Assembly (NCBI GenBank): GCA_930989465.1 | Contig: CAKNLX010000001.1 | Span: 5,858 to 69,857, forward strand | Reading direction: 5' to 3' | DNA: 64,000 nt | From: an uncultured Lactobacillus sp. | GTDB lineage: Bacteria > Bacillota > Bacilli > Lactobacillales > Lactobacillaceae | Part shown: positions 34,471-44,040 of the stretch, piece by piece | Layout of the letters: each line of letters begins with the position of its first letter | Position numbering within the stretch: position 1 is the stretch's first letter | Notes under the pieces: model-generated | What the model saw: only the letters and a program-made list of their open reading frames with translations | Database searches by the model: none | Told to the model about the DNA's origin: nothing | Program-made: the position numbers and the translations under genes

Positions 34471-34914
34471 CTAATTCAGCTGATCACGAACTGTTTGTGA
34501 AGCAGCCTTGCCATCGGCACGTCCTTTAATTTTTGGCATCAATGCTTTCATTACTTTACCAAAATCAGACTTACCTTTGGCACCAACTTCATCAATCGTT
34601 TCCTTAACAGCAGATTCAAGTTCTTCCTTGCTCATTTGTTTAGGCATATACTTTTCTACTACAGCTAATTCCTTCTTAGTTTCTTCAACTAATTCAGTAC
34701 GTTTGGCTTTAGTAAATTCCTCGATTGATTCTTCTCTTTGCTTTTTCTCACGATTAAGAACCGTTAATTCTTCATCTGGAGTTAAATCATGTCCCAACTT
34801 GATCTTTTCATTCATCAAAGCAGATTTGATCATGCGGACAGTATCAAGAGTTGTCTTATCGTGATTTTTCATGGCTGTTTTCATATCAGTCATGATCTTA
34901 TCTGACAAACTCAA
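34471..34914 (-). CDS. yqeY: GatB/YqeY domain protein
   Basis: Start TTG 34914 after AGAAGGA; DFGKVMKALMPKIKGRADG; own extended -10 TGCTATAAT. Confidence 0.9.
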   Translation of the reverse strand: MSLSDKIMTDMKTAMKNHDKTTLDTVRMIKSALMNEKIKLGHDLTPDEELTVLNREKKQREESIEEFTKAKRTELVEETKKELAVVEKYMPKQMSKEELESAVKETIDEVGAKGKSDFGKVMKALMPKIKGRADGKAASQTVRDQLN

Positions 34915-35060
34915 TTTATAATTCCTTCTTTCTATTAAAAACCCAATAATATTATAGCAAACTATGTACATAACTATTAAGTTTTCAACGGAATATATTG
35001 AAGTTTTTTGCATAAAAAGCAAATATTTTGTCTTATTTCAATGATTTATGTGCGGAAAGC

Positions 35061-35089
35061 AAAAAATCTCAGGAAAAAACCTGAGATTT
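35061..35089 (-). terminator. terminator of suf operon
   Basis: AAATCTCAGG/CCTGAGATTT stem with T-tract on minus strand. Confidence 0.8.
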
Positions 35090-35099
35090 ACAATTTATT

Positions 35100-35423
35100 C
35101 TAAATATGAATGCCTAAAGTAAGTCTTGCAACTTGACTCATCATTTTAGGTGTCCATTGAGGATAGTAGACTAATTTAGCTTCACACTTTTCTACTCCAT
35201 CAACTTGAAGTGCAGCTTTCTTAATCATATCTTGCAACAATTCAATAATCGGACATCCCATCGTAGTTAAAGTCCAATTAATATGGCAAACATTTTGATC
35301 ATCAACTTCAACTGAATAAATCAAACCCAAATCAACTAAACTTACACCTAATTCAGGATCAATTACATTTTTTAAAGCATCATAGACTGCTTTTTCTTTT
35401 GGCAACAGACTTTCTTCACCCAT
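35100..35423 (-). CDS. sufT: DUF59 metal-sulfur cluster assembly factor
   Basis: DPELGVSLVDLGL, TLTTMGCP. Confidence 0.9.
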   Translation of the reverse strand: MGEESLLPKEKAVYDALKNVIDPELGVSLVDLGLIYSVEVDDQNVCHINWTLTTMGCPIIELLQDMIKKAALQVDGVEKCEAKLVYYPQWTPKMMSQVARLTLGIHI

Positions 35424-36826
35424 TAGCCAATTGCTCCTTCCATTTGAAAACTGATCAAGCGATTAAGTTCTACAGCATATTCCATTGGCAATTGCTTAGT
35501 AAAAGGTTCTACAAAGCCCATAATAATCATCTCAGTTGCTTTTCTTTCTGGAATTCCACGACTTTCAAGATAATAAAGTTCTTCATCCGAAATTTTTGAA
35601 ACTGTTGCTTCATGTTCCATTGCTACATTGGAATTTTCAATTGAATTAGTTGGAATCGTATCTGACGAAGACTTATCATCCATAATAATTGTATCGCATT
35701 CAACATGAGACTTAGAACCTGAAGAATTCTTACCAAATTTTACGCTACCACGGTAATCAGTTGAACCGCCACCTTTAGCAATTGATTTTGAAACGATTGA
35801 ACTAGATGTATTAGGTGCATTATGAAGCATTCTTGAACCGGAATCTTGGTGAATGCCTTTATGAGCAACAGCAATTGAAAGCATAGTGCCACGTGCACCT
35901 TCCCCATTTAAATAAACACTAGGGTATTTCATGGTAACTTGGGCTCCCAAATTACCATCGACCCATTCCATCGTTGCATGACTAGCAGCTACTGCCTTTT
36001 TGGTTTCAAGACTATAAACATTATCCGACCAATTTTGAATAGTTGTATAGCGACAGTAAGCATCTTTTAAGACGTTCACTTCAACACCGGCTGCATGAAG
36101 AGAATCTGATGAATACTGCGGAGCAGTACATCCCTCAACGTAGTCAAGACTCGCTCCTTCATCAACGATAATTAAAGTTCTTTCGAATTGCCCTGAATTT
36201 TCAGCGTTCAATCTAAAGTAAGCTTGAATTGGAGTTGGTACTTTTACGCCTTTTGGCACATAAATAAAGGACCCACCGGACCATACAGCACAATTTAAAG
36301 CCGCAAATTTATTGTCCGTTGGCTTTACTAATTTACCAAAATACTTCTTAAACAATTCAGGGTATTTCTTTAAAGCTGTATCAGTATCCGTAAAGACAAT
36401 CCCCATCTTGTCGAATTGTTCTTTCATGTTGTGGTAAACCATTTCTGATTCATATTGTGCACCAGATCCAGCCAGATACTTTCTTTCTGCTTCAGGAACA
36501 CCTAACCGCTCAAAAGTTTCTTTAATTTCATCTGGCACATCGTCCCAATCACGATACTTTTTCTTTGTATATTTTTGATAGTAAAGCATATCGTCTAAAT
36601 TCAAATCAGATAAATCAGGACCAAAATCAGGCATTGGCATCTTCTTATATATTTGATATGCCTTTAAACGATAGTCGAGCATCCACTTAGGTTCATTCTT
36701 TTCCGCAGAAATCTTTCTAACAACTTCTTCAGTTAAACCACGTCCTGTAGAGAATTCCGGCTGAATATCATCATGAAAACCATACTGATAGTCTTCATCT
36801 TTCACTATATCTTCTGCTTTAGTCAT
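35423..36826 (-). CDS. sufB: Fe-S cluster assembly protein SufB
   Basis: [30 protein letters not shown]. Confidence 0.96.
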   Translation of the reverse strand: MTKAEDIVKDEDYQYGFHDDIQPEFSTGRGLTEEVVRKISAEKNEPKWMLDYRLKAYQIYKKMPMPDFGPDLSDLNLDDMLYYQKYTKKKYRDWDDVPDEIKETFERLGVPEAERKYLAGSGAQYESEMVYHNMKEQFDKMGIVFTDTDTALKKYPELFKKYFGKLVKPTDNKFAALNCAVWSGGSFIYVPKGVKVPTPIQAYFRLNAENSGQFERTLIIVDEGASLDYVEGCTAPQYSSDSLHAAGVEVNVLKDAYCRYTTIQNWSDNVYSLETKKAVAASHATMEWVDGNLGAQVTMKYPSVYLNGEGARGTMLSIAVAHKGIHQDSGSRMLHNAPNTSSSIVSKSIAKGGGSTDYRGSVKFGKNSSGSKSHVECDTIIMDDKSSSDTIPTNSIENSNVAMEHEATVSKISDEELYYLESRGIPERKATEMIIMGFVEPFTKQLPMEYAVELNRLISFQMEGAIG

Positions 36827-36828
36827 TT

Positions 36829-37269
36829 CTATCCTTTCTTAAGAAGTGCTTGTTCTAGTGCCCACCAGGAAATCGTGGCACATTTGATTCTGGCAGGAAA
36901 TTGCATCACTTGTGTTAACACTGCCGCATCGCCTAATTTTTCTATCTCATCAGATGTGTGTTCTTTTCCAATTGCAAGGTCTGAAAAGATTTTCGTCATT
37001 TCTAATGCCTCAGAAACGCTTTTATCTTTAACACTTTGAGTCAACATACTAGCCGAAGCCTGACTAATCGTGCATCCCGAACCCGTAAAAGATACATCTA
37101 CGATTTTTTCATTCTGCACCTTTACAAAAATATTAACCGTATCGCCACAACTTGGGTTATGGACAGTTTGCATTGCTGTAGCCTCCTTCATCTCTTTTTT
37201 ATTACGGGGATGACTAGCATGATCAAGAACCAGAGCTTGATAGAGAGTACGTAAATTATTTAGTCCCAT
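36829..37269 (-). CDS. sufU: SufU sulfur-transfer protein
   Basis: [19 protein letters not shown]; start MGLNN at 37269. Confidence 0.93.
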   Translation of the reverse strand: MGLNNLRTLYQALVLDHASHPRNKKEMKEATAMQTVHNPSCGDTVNIFVKVQNEKIVDVSFTGSGCTISQASASMLTQSVKDKSVSEALEMTKIFSDLAIGKEHTSDEIEKLGDAAVLTQVMQFPARIKCATISWWALEQALLKKG

Positions 37270-38488
37270 TGAAAAACTCCTCTGTTTCCGAAATACCTGC
37301 AATTAATTGATCAATGTCTTCCTTATTATTATAAAAACTAAGGCTAGCTCTTACTGTAGATTCAACACCTAATCTACGCATCAAGGGCTGAGCACAATGA
37401 TGTCCCGCTCTTACCTCGATCCCTTGCATATCAAGTGCTGTAGCCACATCATGAGGATGAATATTTTTCAAATTAAATGAAAACACCCCTGTATGGTTTT
37501 CTTTTGGGCCATAAATAGCGACAAAATCTAATTTCTCTATTTTTTGCATCAAATATTTGCTTAGCTCATTTTCATAAGTCTGGATTCTATTCATACCTAT
37601 TTCATGCAAATAATCGATTGCATAGCCTAAACCAATTGCACCAATTATATTTGGTGTCCCCGCTTCAAACTTTTGCGGCAAATCTGCCCAAGTTGCATTG
37701 TATTTGGTAACGTTACCAATCATTTCACCGCCAAAACGATATGGTGGCATTTGATTTAATAAATTCTTTTTACCATATAAAACACCAATACCTGTTGGTG
37801 CGAGCATTTTATGACCAGAAAAAGCATAGAAATCTGCATCTAATTTTTGTACATCGATTGGAAAATGACTTACGGCTTGTGCACCATCTACTACCACTAC
37901 AGCTTCAACTTGATGAGCTATCTTAATTACTTCCTCAATAGGATTCATCATTCCTAATATATTAGAAGCATGGGCAATTGCCACAATTTTAGTCTTGGCG
38001 GTTATCTTTTTCTTGACATCATCCAAATCCAGAGTCTGGCTTTCAGTCAAATCAATATATTTAAGGATGGCACCTTTTCTTTTCGCCAATTGTTGCCATG
38101 GTAAGAGATTAGAATGATGCTCCATTATGGTTAACACAATTTCATCCTGTTCATGAATGTTTTGTTCGCCGTAAGTTGCAGCTACCAAGTTCAAACTATC
38201 TGTACAACCACTAGTAAAGATTATCTCATTTGCATCAGCCGCATTAATAAAGCTCGCAACTTTCCCTCTGGCCTCTTCATATTGCTTAGTTGCATTAAAG
38301 CCTAAAGTGTCAACACTTCGGTGCACGTTAGCATATGAAGTTTGATAAAAACTGTTGATTTTATGCAAAATTGGCACAGGCATTTGCATGGTAGCGGCAT
38401 TATCCAGATAAGCTAATCTATTGCCATTAATCTTTTGTTTTAAAATAGGAAAATCATTTCTTATTTTTGTAATAGCTTCTTTGTCCAT
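37256..38488 (-). CDS. sufS: cysteine desulfurase SufS
   Basis: YLDNAAT, SGHKM (PLP lysine), RAGHHCAQP. Confidence 0.96.
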   Translation of the reverse strand: MDKEAITKIRNDFPILKQKINGNRLAYLDNAATMQMPVPILHKINSFYQTSYANVHRSVDTLGFNATKQYEEARGKVASFINAADANEIIFTSGCTDSLNLVAATYGEQNIHEQDEIVLTIMEHHSNLLPWQQLAKRKGAILKYIDLTESQTLDLDDVKKKITAKTKIVAIAHASNILGMMNPIEEVIKIAHQVEAVVVVDGAQAVSHFPIDVQKLDADFYAFSGHKMLAPTGIGVLYGKKNLLNQMPPYRFGGEMIGNVTKYNATWADLPQKFEAGTPNIIGAIGLGYAIDYLHEIGMNRIQTYENELSKYLMQKIEKLDFVAIYGPKENHTGVFSFNLKNIHPHDVATALDMQGIEVRAGHHCAQPLMRRLGVESTVRASLSFYNNKEDIDQLIAGISETEEFFNGTK

Positions 38489-39683
38489 TAATCAATTTTC
38501 TTTCCGAAATCGCGAGCATTCGATCCTTTACTTTTCCCTTAGGAATGGCACCAAGTACTGGATCTAAAAAGCCATGGATAACCATTCTTTCAGCTTGAGC
38601 GTAAGGAATGCCGCGACTCATTAGATAATTCATCTGAATTGGATCAACCGGGCCAACACTAGCCGCATGCGCTGCAATAACGTCATTTTCATCAATCAAC
38701 AAAAGTGGGTTAGCATCCCCTTGTGCCGTATCAGACATCATCAAAACACGATTTTGTTGATCAGCTTTTGATCCATGCGCTCCGTGAACAATTTGGCCAA
38801 TTCCATTAAAAATCAATCTAGAATCTTCAAGCAAAACTCCGCGTTGATTAATTAAGCCGGTTGAATGAGGTCCACGATTAATTACTCGGTTATTGACCGC
38901 AACTTTTTGATTGCCAGTCGTAATAGCAATTGCTTTTGAATAAGCATAACTGCCTTCACCTAGAAGTTCTGAAGCTAAATCTCCGACTGTATTACAGTCA
39001 TTCATAAAAGCAACGTTCCATTCAACATGAGCATCTCGCGCCAAATTAGCGCGACGATTGAAGTAAAGTGTAGTATTTTCTTCCATTTCATCAAGCGAAG
39101 AAAATTCAACGTTGCTTCCAGCCAAAGCCTGAACTTCAACAACTAAATTGGCTAAATTTTTCTCATGACCAACTGTAGACAGGTGCTGGATAAACTTAGC
39201 TTTACTATTTTTGCCAACCACAATTACAATGTGTGAAATTAAAGCACTTTTACTCATACTATTTTGGACAATTTCAATTTCAATTGGTTCCTGTATTTCG
39301 ACATTATCAGGAATATATAAGAAAAGGCCGTTGTTCATAAAAGCAGTATTGTATGCTAGCAACTTATCTTCATTAAAATGAGAAACTGAATTTAAATATT
39401 TTTGCACTATCTCAGGATATTGCTTACTAGCCTCGAATATATCTTGGCAAATGACTTTATTTTCTTCTAACTCTGAATTATCGCTAATTTTTAAAGCAGA
39501 CTGTTCTAAAGCAAAGTCATCATTAATAGTTAGTGGCCAATCTGAATACTTAAATTGCTGCATCTTAGGTAGTAGCAATTTTTCAATTAAATTAAAAGCT
39601 TCTAAGCGCTCATTAATAAGCCAATCAGGTTCGTTATATTTTGAACTTAGTTCTTGAAAAGTAGTTTTAGAAAGCATTTTCAT
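38454..39683 (-). CDS. sufD: Fe-S cluster assembly protein SufD
   Basis: ANPLLLIDENDV, AHAASVG, YLMSRG. Confidence 0.94.
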   Translation of the reverse strand: MKMLSKTTFQELSSKYNEPDWLINERLEAFNLIEKLLLPKMQQFKYSDWPLTINDDFALEQSALKISDNSELEENKVICQDIFEASKQYPEIVQKYLNSVSHFNEDKLLAYNTAFMNNGLFLYIPDNVEIQEPIEIEIVQNSMSKSALISHIVIVVGKNSKAKFIQHLSTVGHEKNLANLVVEVQALAGSNVEFSSLDEMEENTTLYFNRRANLARDAHVEWNVAFMNDCNTVGDLASELLGEGSYAYSKAIAITTGNQKVAVNNRVINRGPHSTGLINQRGVLLEDSRLIFNGIGQIVHGAHGSKADQQNRVLMMSDTAQGDANPLLLIDENDVIAAHAASVGPVDPIQMNYLMSRGIPYAQAERMVIHGFLDPVLGAIPKGKVKDRMLAISERKLINGQRSYYKNKK

Positions 39684-39686
39684 CCC

Positions 39687-40481
39687 CTAATCTTCATCAA
39701 CCAATTTAATATCAAGACCTAGTTCATCACGAAGACCTGCATAACCTTCTTGTTCAAGCTTTTTAGCCAAATCAGGGCCGCCGTCTTTCACAACTCTACC
39801 GTCCATCATGACGTGAACCACATCTGGAACGATATAATTTAATAATCTTTGATAGTGAGTAATCATTAGGGCACCAAAATTATCACCGCGCATGGCATTT
39901 ACACCGCGTGAGACGACACGAAGCGCATCGATATCAAGACCTGAGTCAATTTCATCAAGAATGCCAAAAGTTGGCTTAATCATTAACATTTGCAATATCT
40001 CATTACGCTTTTTCTCACCACCGGAAAAGCCTTGATTAAGATATCGTTCAGTCATTGAATCATTCATATCAAGTAAAGCCATGTTCTTATTAAGCTCTTT
40101 AATGAAATCCATGACAGGAATAGGATCATCTTTAGGTCGACGTGCATTAATTGCTGCACGAAGGAATTCAGCGTTTGTAACTCCAGGAACTTCAGCTGGG
40201 TATTGCATTGCTAAAAAGAGTCCTTTTCTAGCCCGTTCATCGACTGTCATATCAAGAACATTTTCACCGTTTAACAAAATTTGACCTTCAGTAACACGAT
40301 ATTTAGGATTGCCCATGATTGTTTCAGATAAAGTTGATTTACCTGTACCATTTGGTCCCATAATGGCGTGGATCTCGCCTGTATGCATAGTAAGATTTAC
40401 GCCTTTTAAAATTTTCTTGTAGACTTTTTTTTCTTCGTCTTTAACTTCAACATGTAAATTTTTTATCTCTAAAGTTGCCAT
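39687..40481 (-). CDS. sufC: Fe-S assembly ATPase SufC
   Basis: GPNGTGKST, FSGGEKKRNE, LDEIDSGLD, THYQRLL. Confidence 0.96.
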   Translation of the reverse strand: MATLEIKNLHVEVKDEEKKVYKKILKGVNLTMHTGEIHAIMGPNGTGKSTLSETIMGNPKYRVTEGQILLNGENVLDMTVDERARKGLFLAMQYPAEVPGVTNAEFLRAAINARRPKDDPIPVMDFIKELNKNMALLDMNDSMTERYLNQGFSGGEKKRNEILQMLMIKPTFGILDEIDSGLDIDALRVVSRGVNAMRGDNFGALMITHYQRLLNYIVPDVVHVMMDGRVVKDGGPDLAKKLEQEGYAGLRDELGLDIKLVDED

Positions 40482-40574
40482 TTTATCTCCCGAATTCTAA
40501 AAAATACATCTCTAACGTTAACGCTAATTGGAATTGTTTTTAAGACTTGACTTTTAAAAAATATTCGCTTCACC

Positions 40575-40620
40575 CACAAGATATAGTGAGCACTGGTGGC
40601 TTTGATATCTATATATAGTT
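40575..40620. promoter_or_regulatory. tandem NrdR-box-like sites upstream of sufC
   Basis: CACAAGATATAGTG (40575-40588) and ATCTATATATAGTT (40607-40620), starts 32 bp apart; NrdR consensus acaCwAtATaTwGtgt. Confidence 0.7.
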
Positions 40621-40628
40621 ATTAACTC

Positions 40629-40685
40629 ATTTGATAAAAACACAGTATCGAAATATCAATTATTTCAATACTGTGTTTATCAAAT
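40629..40685 (-). terminator. long hairpin, probable second terminator after rpsU
   Basis: About 25-bp arms; on the minus strand the stem ends in GTGTTTTT and the one mismatch is a U-G pair. Confidence 0.55.
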
Positions 40686-40697
40686 ATTTTTGCAAAG

Positions 40698-40728
40698 AAA
40701 AAGCTCACCCATTCCCGGGTGAGCTTTT
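40698..40728 (-). terminator. rpsU terminator
   Basis: AAAAGCTCACCC/GGGTGAGCTTTT. Confidence 0.85.
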
Positions 40729-40735
40729 CAGATTA

Positions 40736-40912
40736 TTAATAATGTCTACGCTTGCGTGCAGCTTCTGACTTCAATTTTCTACGAACACTTGGTTTTTCGT
40801 AGAATTCGCGTTTGCGGTATTCTTGTAAGGTACCACTTCTTGAAACGGAACGCTTGAAACGACGAAGAGCATCATCAATAGACTCGTTTTCGTGAACGAT
40901 TGTCTTAGCCAT
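40736..40912 (-). CDS. rpsU: 30S ribosomal protein S21
   Basis: Not in ORF track (58 aa): [58 protein letters not shown]; RBS GGAGG. Confidence 0.97.
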
Positions 40913-41122
40913 GTGTGATCCCTCCTTCCATTTCTTGGCGTTACGCCATACATTTACTTAAATTATACCAAACTAATTTTACGGGTCAATACATTCTTAT
41001 AATATTTTTTATAAAATCCGGGATATTTTTAAGCCCTTACATTTTATCAGTTTTATTTAACCTTAAATTTAAATCTAATCATTCTATATAATTGTTACAT
41101 GTTAGCTTAACGAATTTCCTTG

Positions 41123-41136
41123 TTAATCCGCTTTCA
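41123..41136. promoter_or_regulatory. cre-like (CcpA) site
   Basis: TGAAAGCGGATTAA on minus strand, just upstream of TATAAT (41144-41149). Confidence 0.5.
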
Positions 41137-41173
41137 TTAATAGTATAATTATTTCAGAAAGAGGTGCTATTAT

Positions 41174-42010
41174 ATGGCAGAAACAAAAGACCAAAATGAA
41201 GTAAATATCATCATTATTTCAGATGCCGCTGGTGATACTGCATTCAGCAACGCTACTGCTGCTGCTGCCGAATTTCCAAAGGCCCAAATTAATTATCGTC
41301 GTTATCCATTTATTACTAGCAAGGATAAACTTGATGAAGTCTTGGAGGAGATCGAAAAATATCCTAATTTAGTGATCATTTATAGTTTAGTAAAAGATGA
41401 GATGCAAATGCCCGTAATTAAATTTGCACGTGAGCATAACATTCAATGCGTTGACATCTTCTCACCAGTAGTTGAGGCAATTCAACAAACTACTCATATG
41501 ACTCCTGATCAAAAGATCGGAGCACAACACAGCTTAAACCAAAAGTACTTTGACAGAATTTCTGCAATGGAATTTGCCGTAATGTACGATGATGGTAAAG
41601 ATCCAAAAGGATTCTTAGAAGCAGATGTAGTGTTACTTGGGGTATCACGTACTTCAAAGACTCCACTTTCACTATTCTTAGCTAACAAGAATTTAAAAGT
41701 TGCTAACTTACCTTTAGTTCCAGAAACTCATATTCCAAAGGAAATCTACGAAATCGATCCTAAAAAGATTATCGGTTTAACCAATGACCCATCTGTTTTA
41801 AACGAAATCAGACGTCAAAGAATGATTGCTTATGGTCTAAACCCTGATACTACTTACTCCAACATGGATTCAATCAACAAGGAACTTGAATCAGCTCAAG
41901 AACTTTACAAGAAGCTAGGCTGTTACGTAATCAATGTTGCTCACCGTTCAATTGAAGAAACAGCAGCTCTTATTCTGGAACACTTGGGCATTGATGACTA
42001 TGCAAAATAA
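41174..42010 (+). CDS. pyruvate,phosphate/water dikinase regulatory protein (kinase/pyrophosphorylase, DUF299)
   Basis: ISDAAGDTA, YDDGKDP, GVSRTSKTP, SIEETA. Confidence 0.92.
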   Translation: MAETKDQNEVNIIIISDAAGDTAFSNATAAAAEFPKAQINYRRYPFITSKDKLDEVLEEIEKYPNLVIIYSLVKDEMQMPVIKFAREHNIQCVDIFSPVVEAIQQTTHMTPDQKIGAQHSLNQKYFDRISAMEFAVMYDDGKDPKGFLEADVVLLGVSRTSKTPLSLFLANKNLKVANLPLVPETHIPKEIYEIDPKKIIGLTNDPSVLNEIRRQRMIAYGLNPDTTYSNMDSINKELESAQELYKKLGCYVINVAHRSIEETAALILEHLGIDDYAK

Positions 42011-42030
42011 TCAGATAACTAAATAATTTC

Positions 42031-42063
42031 AAATCACTCTTGAAGTTCTTTCAGAGTGATTTT
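42031..42063 (+). terminator. intrinsic terminator
   Basis: AAATCACTCT...AGAGTGATTTT. Confidence 0.75.
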
Positions 42064-42104
42064 CTTTTGGACTAATTTTAACTTATATACGTTAGAAAGA
42101 AATT

Positions 42105-42137
42105 TGTAACTATCTCGTAAAACAAATGCGCTACAAT
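42105..42137 (+). promoter_or_regulatory. promoter with WalR-box-like direct repeat
   Basis: TGTAAC-N5-CGTAAA (one mismatch to TGTWAH-N5-TGTWAH) over the -35 position; -10 TACAAT at 42132. Confidence 0.45.
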
Positions 42138-42192
42138 AGTCTAGATCATATAGAGAGGATGAATAATCAGGCGCAACCTGAAATTACTATAG

Positions 42193-42831
42193 ATGAAATT
42201 TCGTAAAACAATTATTACTTTATTGGGGACAGTTTTAGTAGGTTCAAGTTTTAATATTGCAAATGTCGTGTCTGCAGACACAGCGGAAGACTCTTCCCTT
42301 GCAGTCACTACAGAAAATGTTAAAGAAAAGAAAACATATAAATGGTGCTATCCATTCAAAGCTTGTGAAAAACATGGCGTGCGTCCAATGTTTAAAGCTC
42401 AAACTTTTGGTATGACTGATTATATGCGTTCTTCTAACCCACCTTATTATTTCCATGATGGTTGGGACTTTGGTTATTCTGAAGTTGGACGTTCTAACGT
42501 TTATGCTATTCACGCAGGTACTGTTAAAAAAGTTGCTTACGGTAGCGGACTTGGTTGGTTCATTTGGGTAATCAGTCCTGATAAATACGTTGAAGTTTAC
42601 CAAGAAGGATTTACTAAAAAGAAAGACATTTACGTTAAGAAAGGTCAAAAGATTAAAGCCGGTCAAAAGATCGGCAAAATGACCGGCTCTCATTTACATT
42701 TAGGATTAACTAAAACCAACAAAGATTACATTAATAAACATGGTTTCCCATGCAAAAACTGGAACGTTGATAATGGCACTTGGCTAAATCCTATTAATGT
42801 AATCAAAAAATATTATAATGAAAAGAAATAG
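42193..42831 (+). CDS. secreted M23 metallopeptidase (paralog of 24359-25027)
   Basis: Signal peptide ending VSA; HDGWD and HLH zinc motifs. Confidence 0.87.
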   Translation: MKFRKTIITLLGTVLVGSSFNIANVVSADTAEDSSLAVTTENVKEKKTYKWCYPFKACEKHGVRPMFKAQTFGMTDYMRSSNPPYYFHDGWDFGYSEVGRSNVYAIHAGTVKKVAYGSGLGWFIWVISPDKYVEVYQEGFTKKKDIYVKKGQKIKAGQKIGKMTGSHLHLGLTKTNKDYINKHGFPCKNWNVDNGTWLNPINVIKKYYNEKK

Positions 42832-42832
42832 T

Positions 42833-42860
42833 ACTTAACATAATCACGGATATTCAAAGT
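42833..42860 (-). other. dif-like (XerD-arm) site 2
   Basis: Minus strand ACTTTGAATAT-CCGTGA-TTATGTTAAGT. Confidence 0.6.
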
Positions 42861-42908
42861 AAAATTTCTATACTCGGCAAATAAAATATTTGTAGTATAG
42901 GAATTTTT
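42861..42908 (+). terminator. terminator after M23 gene
   Basis: AAAATTTCTATACT...AGTATAGGAATTTTTT. Confidence 0.65.
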
Positions 42909-43015
42909 TATTGGTCCCTGACACAACTTTTGTTAAACTTAGTATATCATTCATTAAACATAATTTCGTTGTACAAATGTTGCATAATATTTGTCGCAAC
43001 TAAAAAGGACAATAA

Positions 43016-43894
43016 ATGGATCAATTAGATAAATTTAACAGACGCTATAATTTTCTTTCAAAATTATCTGCTGCTTTCTTTTATTCAATTGCTGTTGCTA
43101 TTGCATTGAATTTTTTCTGGACACCTGGACACATGTATTCATCCGGGATCACAGGATTTGCTCAGTTAATCAACACAGTCAGTGAACGTTATCTTCCCTT
43201 CACATTAACAACATCATTTATGTACTTTATATTGAACTTTCCATTATTCATTTTGGCATGGTTCAAAATTGGTCATAAATTTACATTTTTTACTATTGTA
43301 GCCGTTGTTTTAGGTTCGTTCATGATGCATTGGATTCAGCCATGGCAAATGCGTCTAGACCCACTTGTCTGTGCCATCTTCGGTGCTTCAATTAATGGTA
43401 TCGGTACAGGTTTAGCACTTAAAAATGGAATTTCAACCGGTGGTTTAGATATTATCGGAATTGTTATCAGACAAAAAACTGGGATTAGCTACGGTAAATT
43501 CAATATCTTTATCAATCTAATCATTATTGCCGCTGCTGGTTACATGTTCGGTTGGACACGTGCTTTATACTCCGCCTTAACAATTTTTATCAATGGCCGA
43601 GTAATCGATGCTGTCTATACGCAACACCAGAAGATGCAAGTAATGATTGTAACTCAGCATCCCCAACATATTATCGATGGTATTCAAAGCCGGATGCACC
43701 GCGGGATAACTATTTTGCATGATGCTGAAGGTGCATATAGCCATATTGAAAAGACTGTTTTGATCACGATCATCGATCGTTACGATATGTATGACATTCG
43801 TCAAATTGTTCAAAAAGCAGATCCATATGCCTTTATGAGCGTAAGTGAAGTTGAGAAGGTCTATGGACGCTTCAAGGAGCAAGAGATTGTTTAA
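43016..43894 (+). CDS. YitT-family membrane protein
   Basis: SGITG, STGGLDI, RGITIL, DPYAF. Confidence 0.88.
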   Translation: MDQLDKFNRRYNFLSKLSAAFFYSIAVAIALNFFWTPGHMYSSGITGFAQLINTVSERYLPFTLTTSFMYFILNFPLFILAWFKIGHKFTFFTIVAVVLGSFMMHWIQPWQMRLDPLVCAIFGASINGIGTGLALKNGISTGGLDIIGIVIRQKTGISYGKFNIFINLIIIAAAGYMFGWTRALYSALTIFINGRVIDAVYTQHQKMQVMIVTQHPQHIIDGIQSRMHRGITILHDAEGAYSHIEKTVLITIIDRYDMYDIRQIVQKADPYAFMSVSEVEKVYGRFKEQEIV

Positions 43895-43908
43895 ATACAA
43901 TTTATTAA

Positions 43909-43950
43909 TAAGCCTATATTGGTTAGATATCGCCAATGTAGGCTTACTTT
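43909..43950 (+). terminator. terminator after yitT-like gene
   Basis: TAAGCCTATATTGG/CCAATGTAGGCTTA followed by T-rich tail. Confidence 0.65.
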
Positions 43951-44040
43951 ATTTATTCAATTTCTTCAAAAGTTTGCCCCTTTTCTGCCGCTTCATTTAA
44001 TTAAAGTTTATAATTTAGTTAAATAGAAAGGCGGATTTCG

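Noticed and set aside
40527-40543. Possible PerR/Fur box upstream of sufC
   Set aside because: Three mismatches to TTANAATNATTNTAA in AT-rich DNA; too weak.
40771-40953. 60-aa minus-strand ORF in the track
   Set aside because: Out-of-frame shadow of rpsU (40736-40912).
40992-41019. ATAA-N6-TTAT core upstream of the rpsU promoter
   Set aside because: Lacks the TTATGT signature; better explained as an AT-rich UP element.
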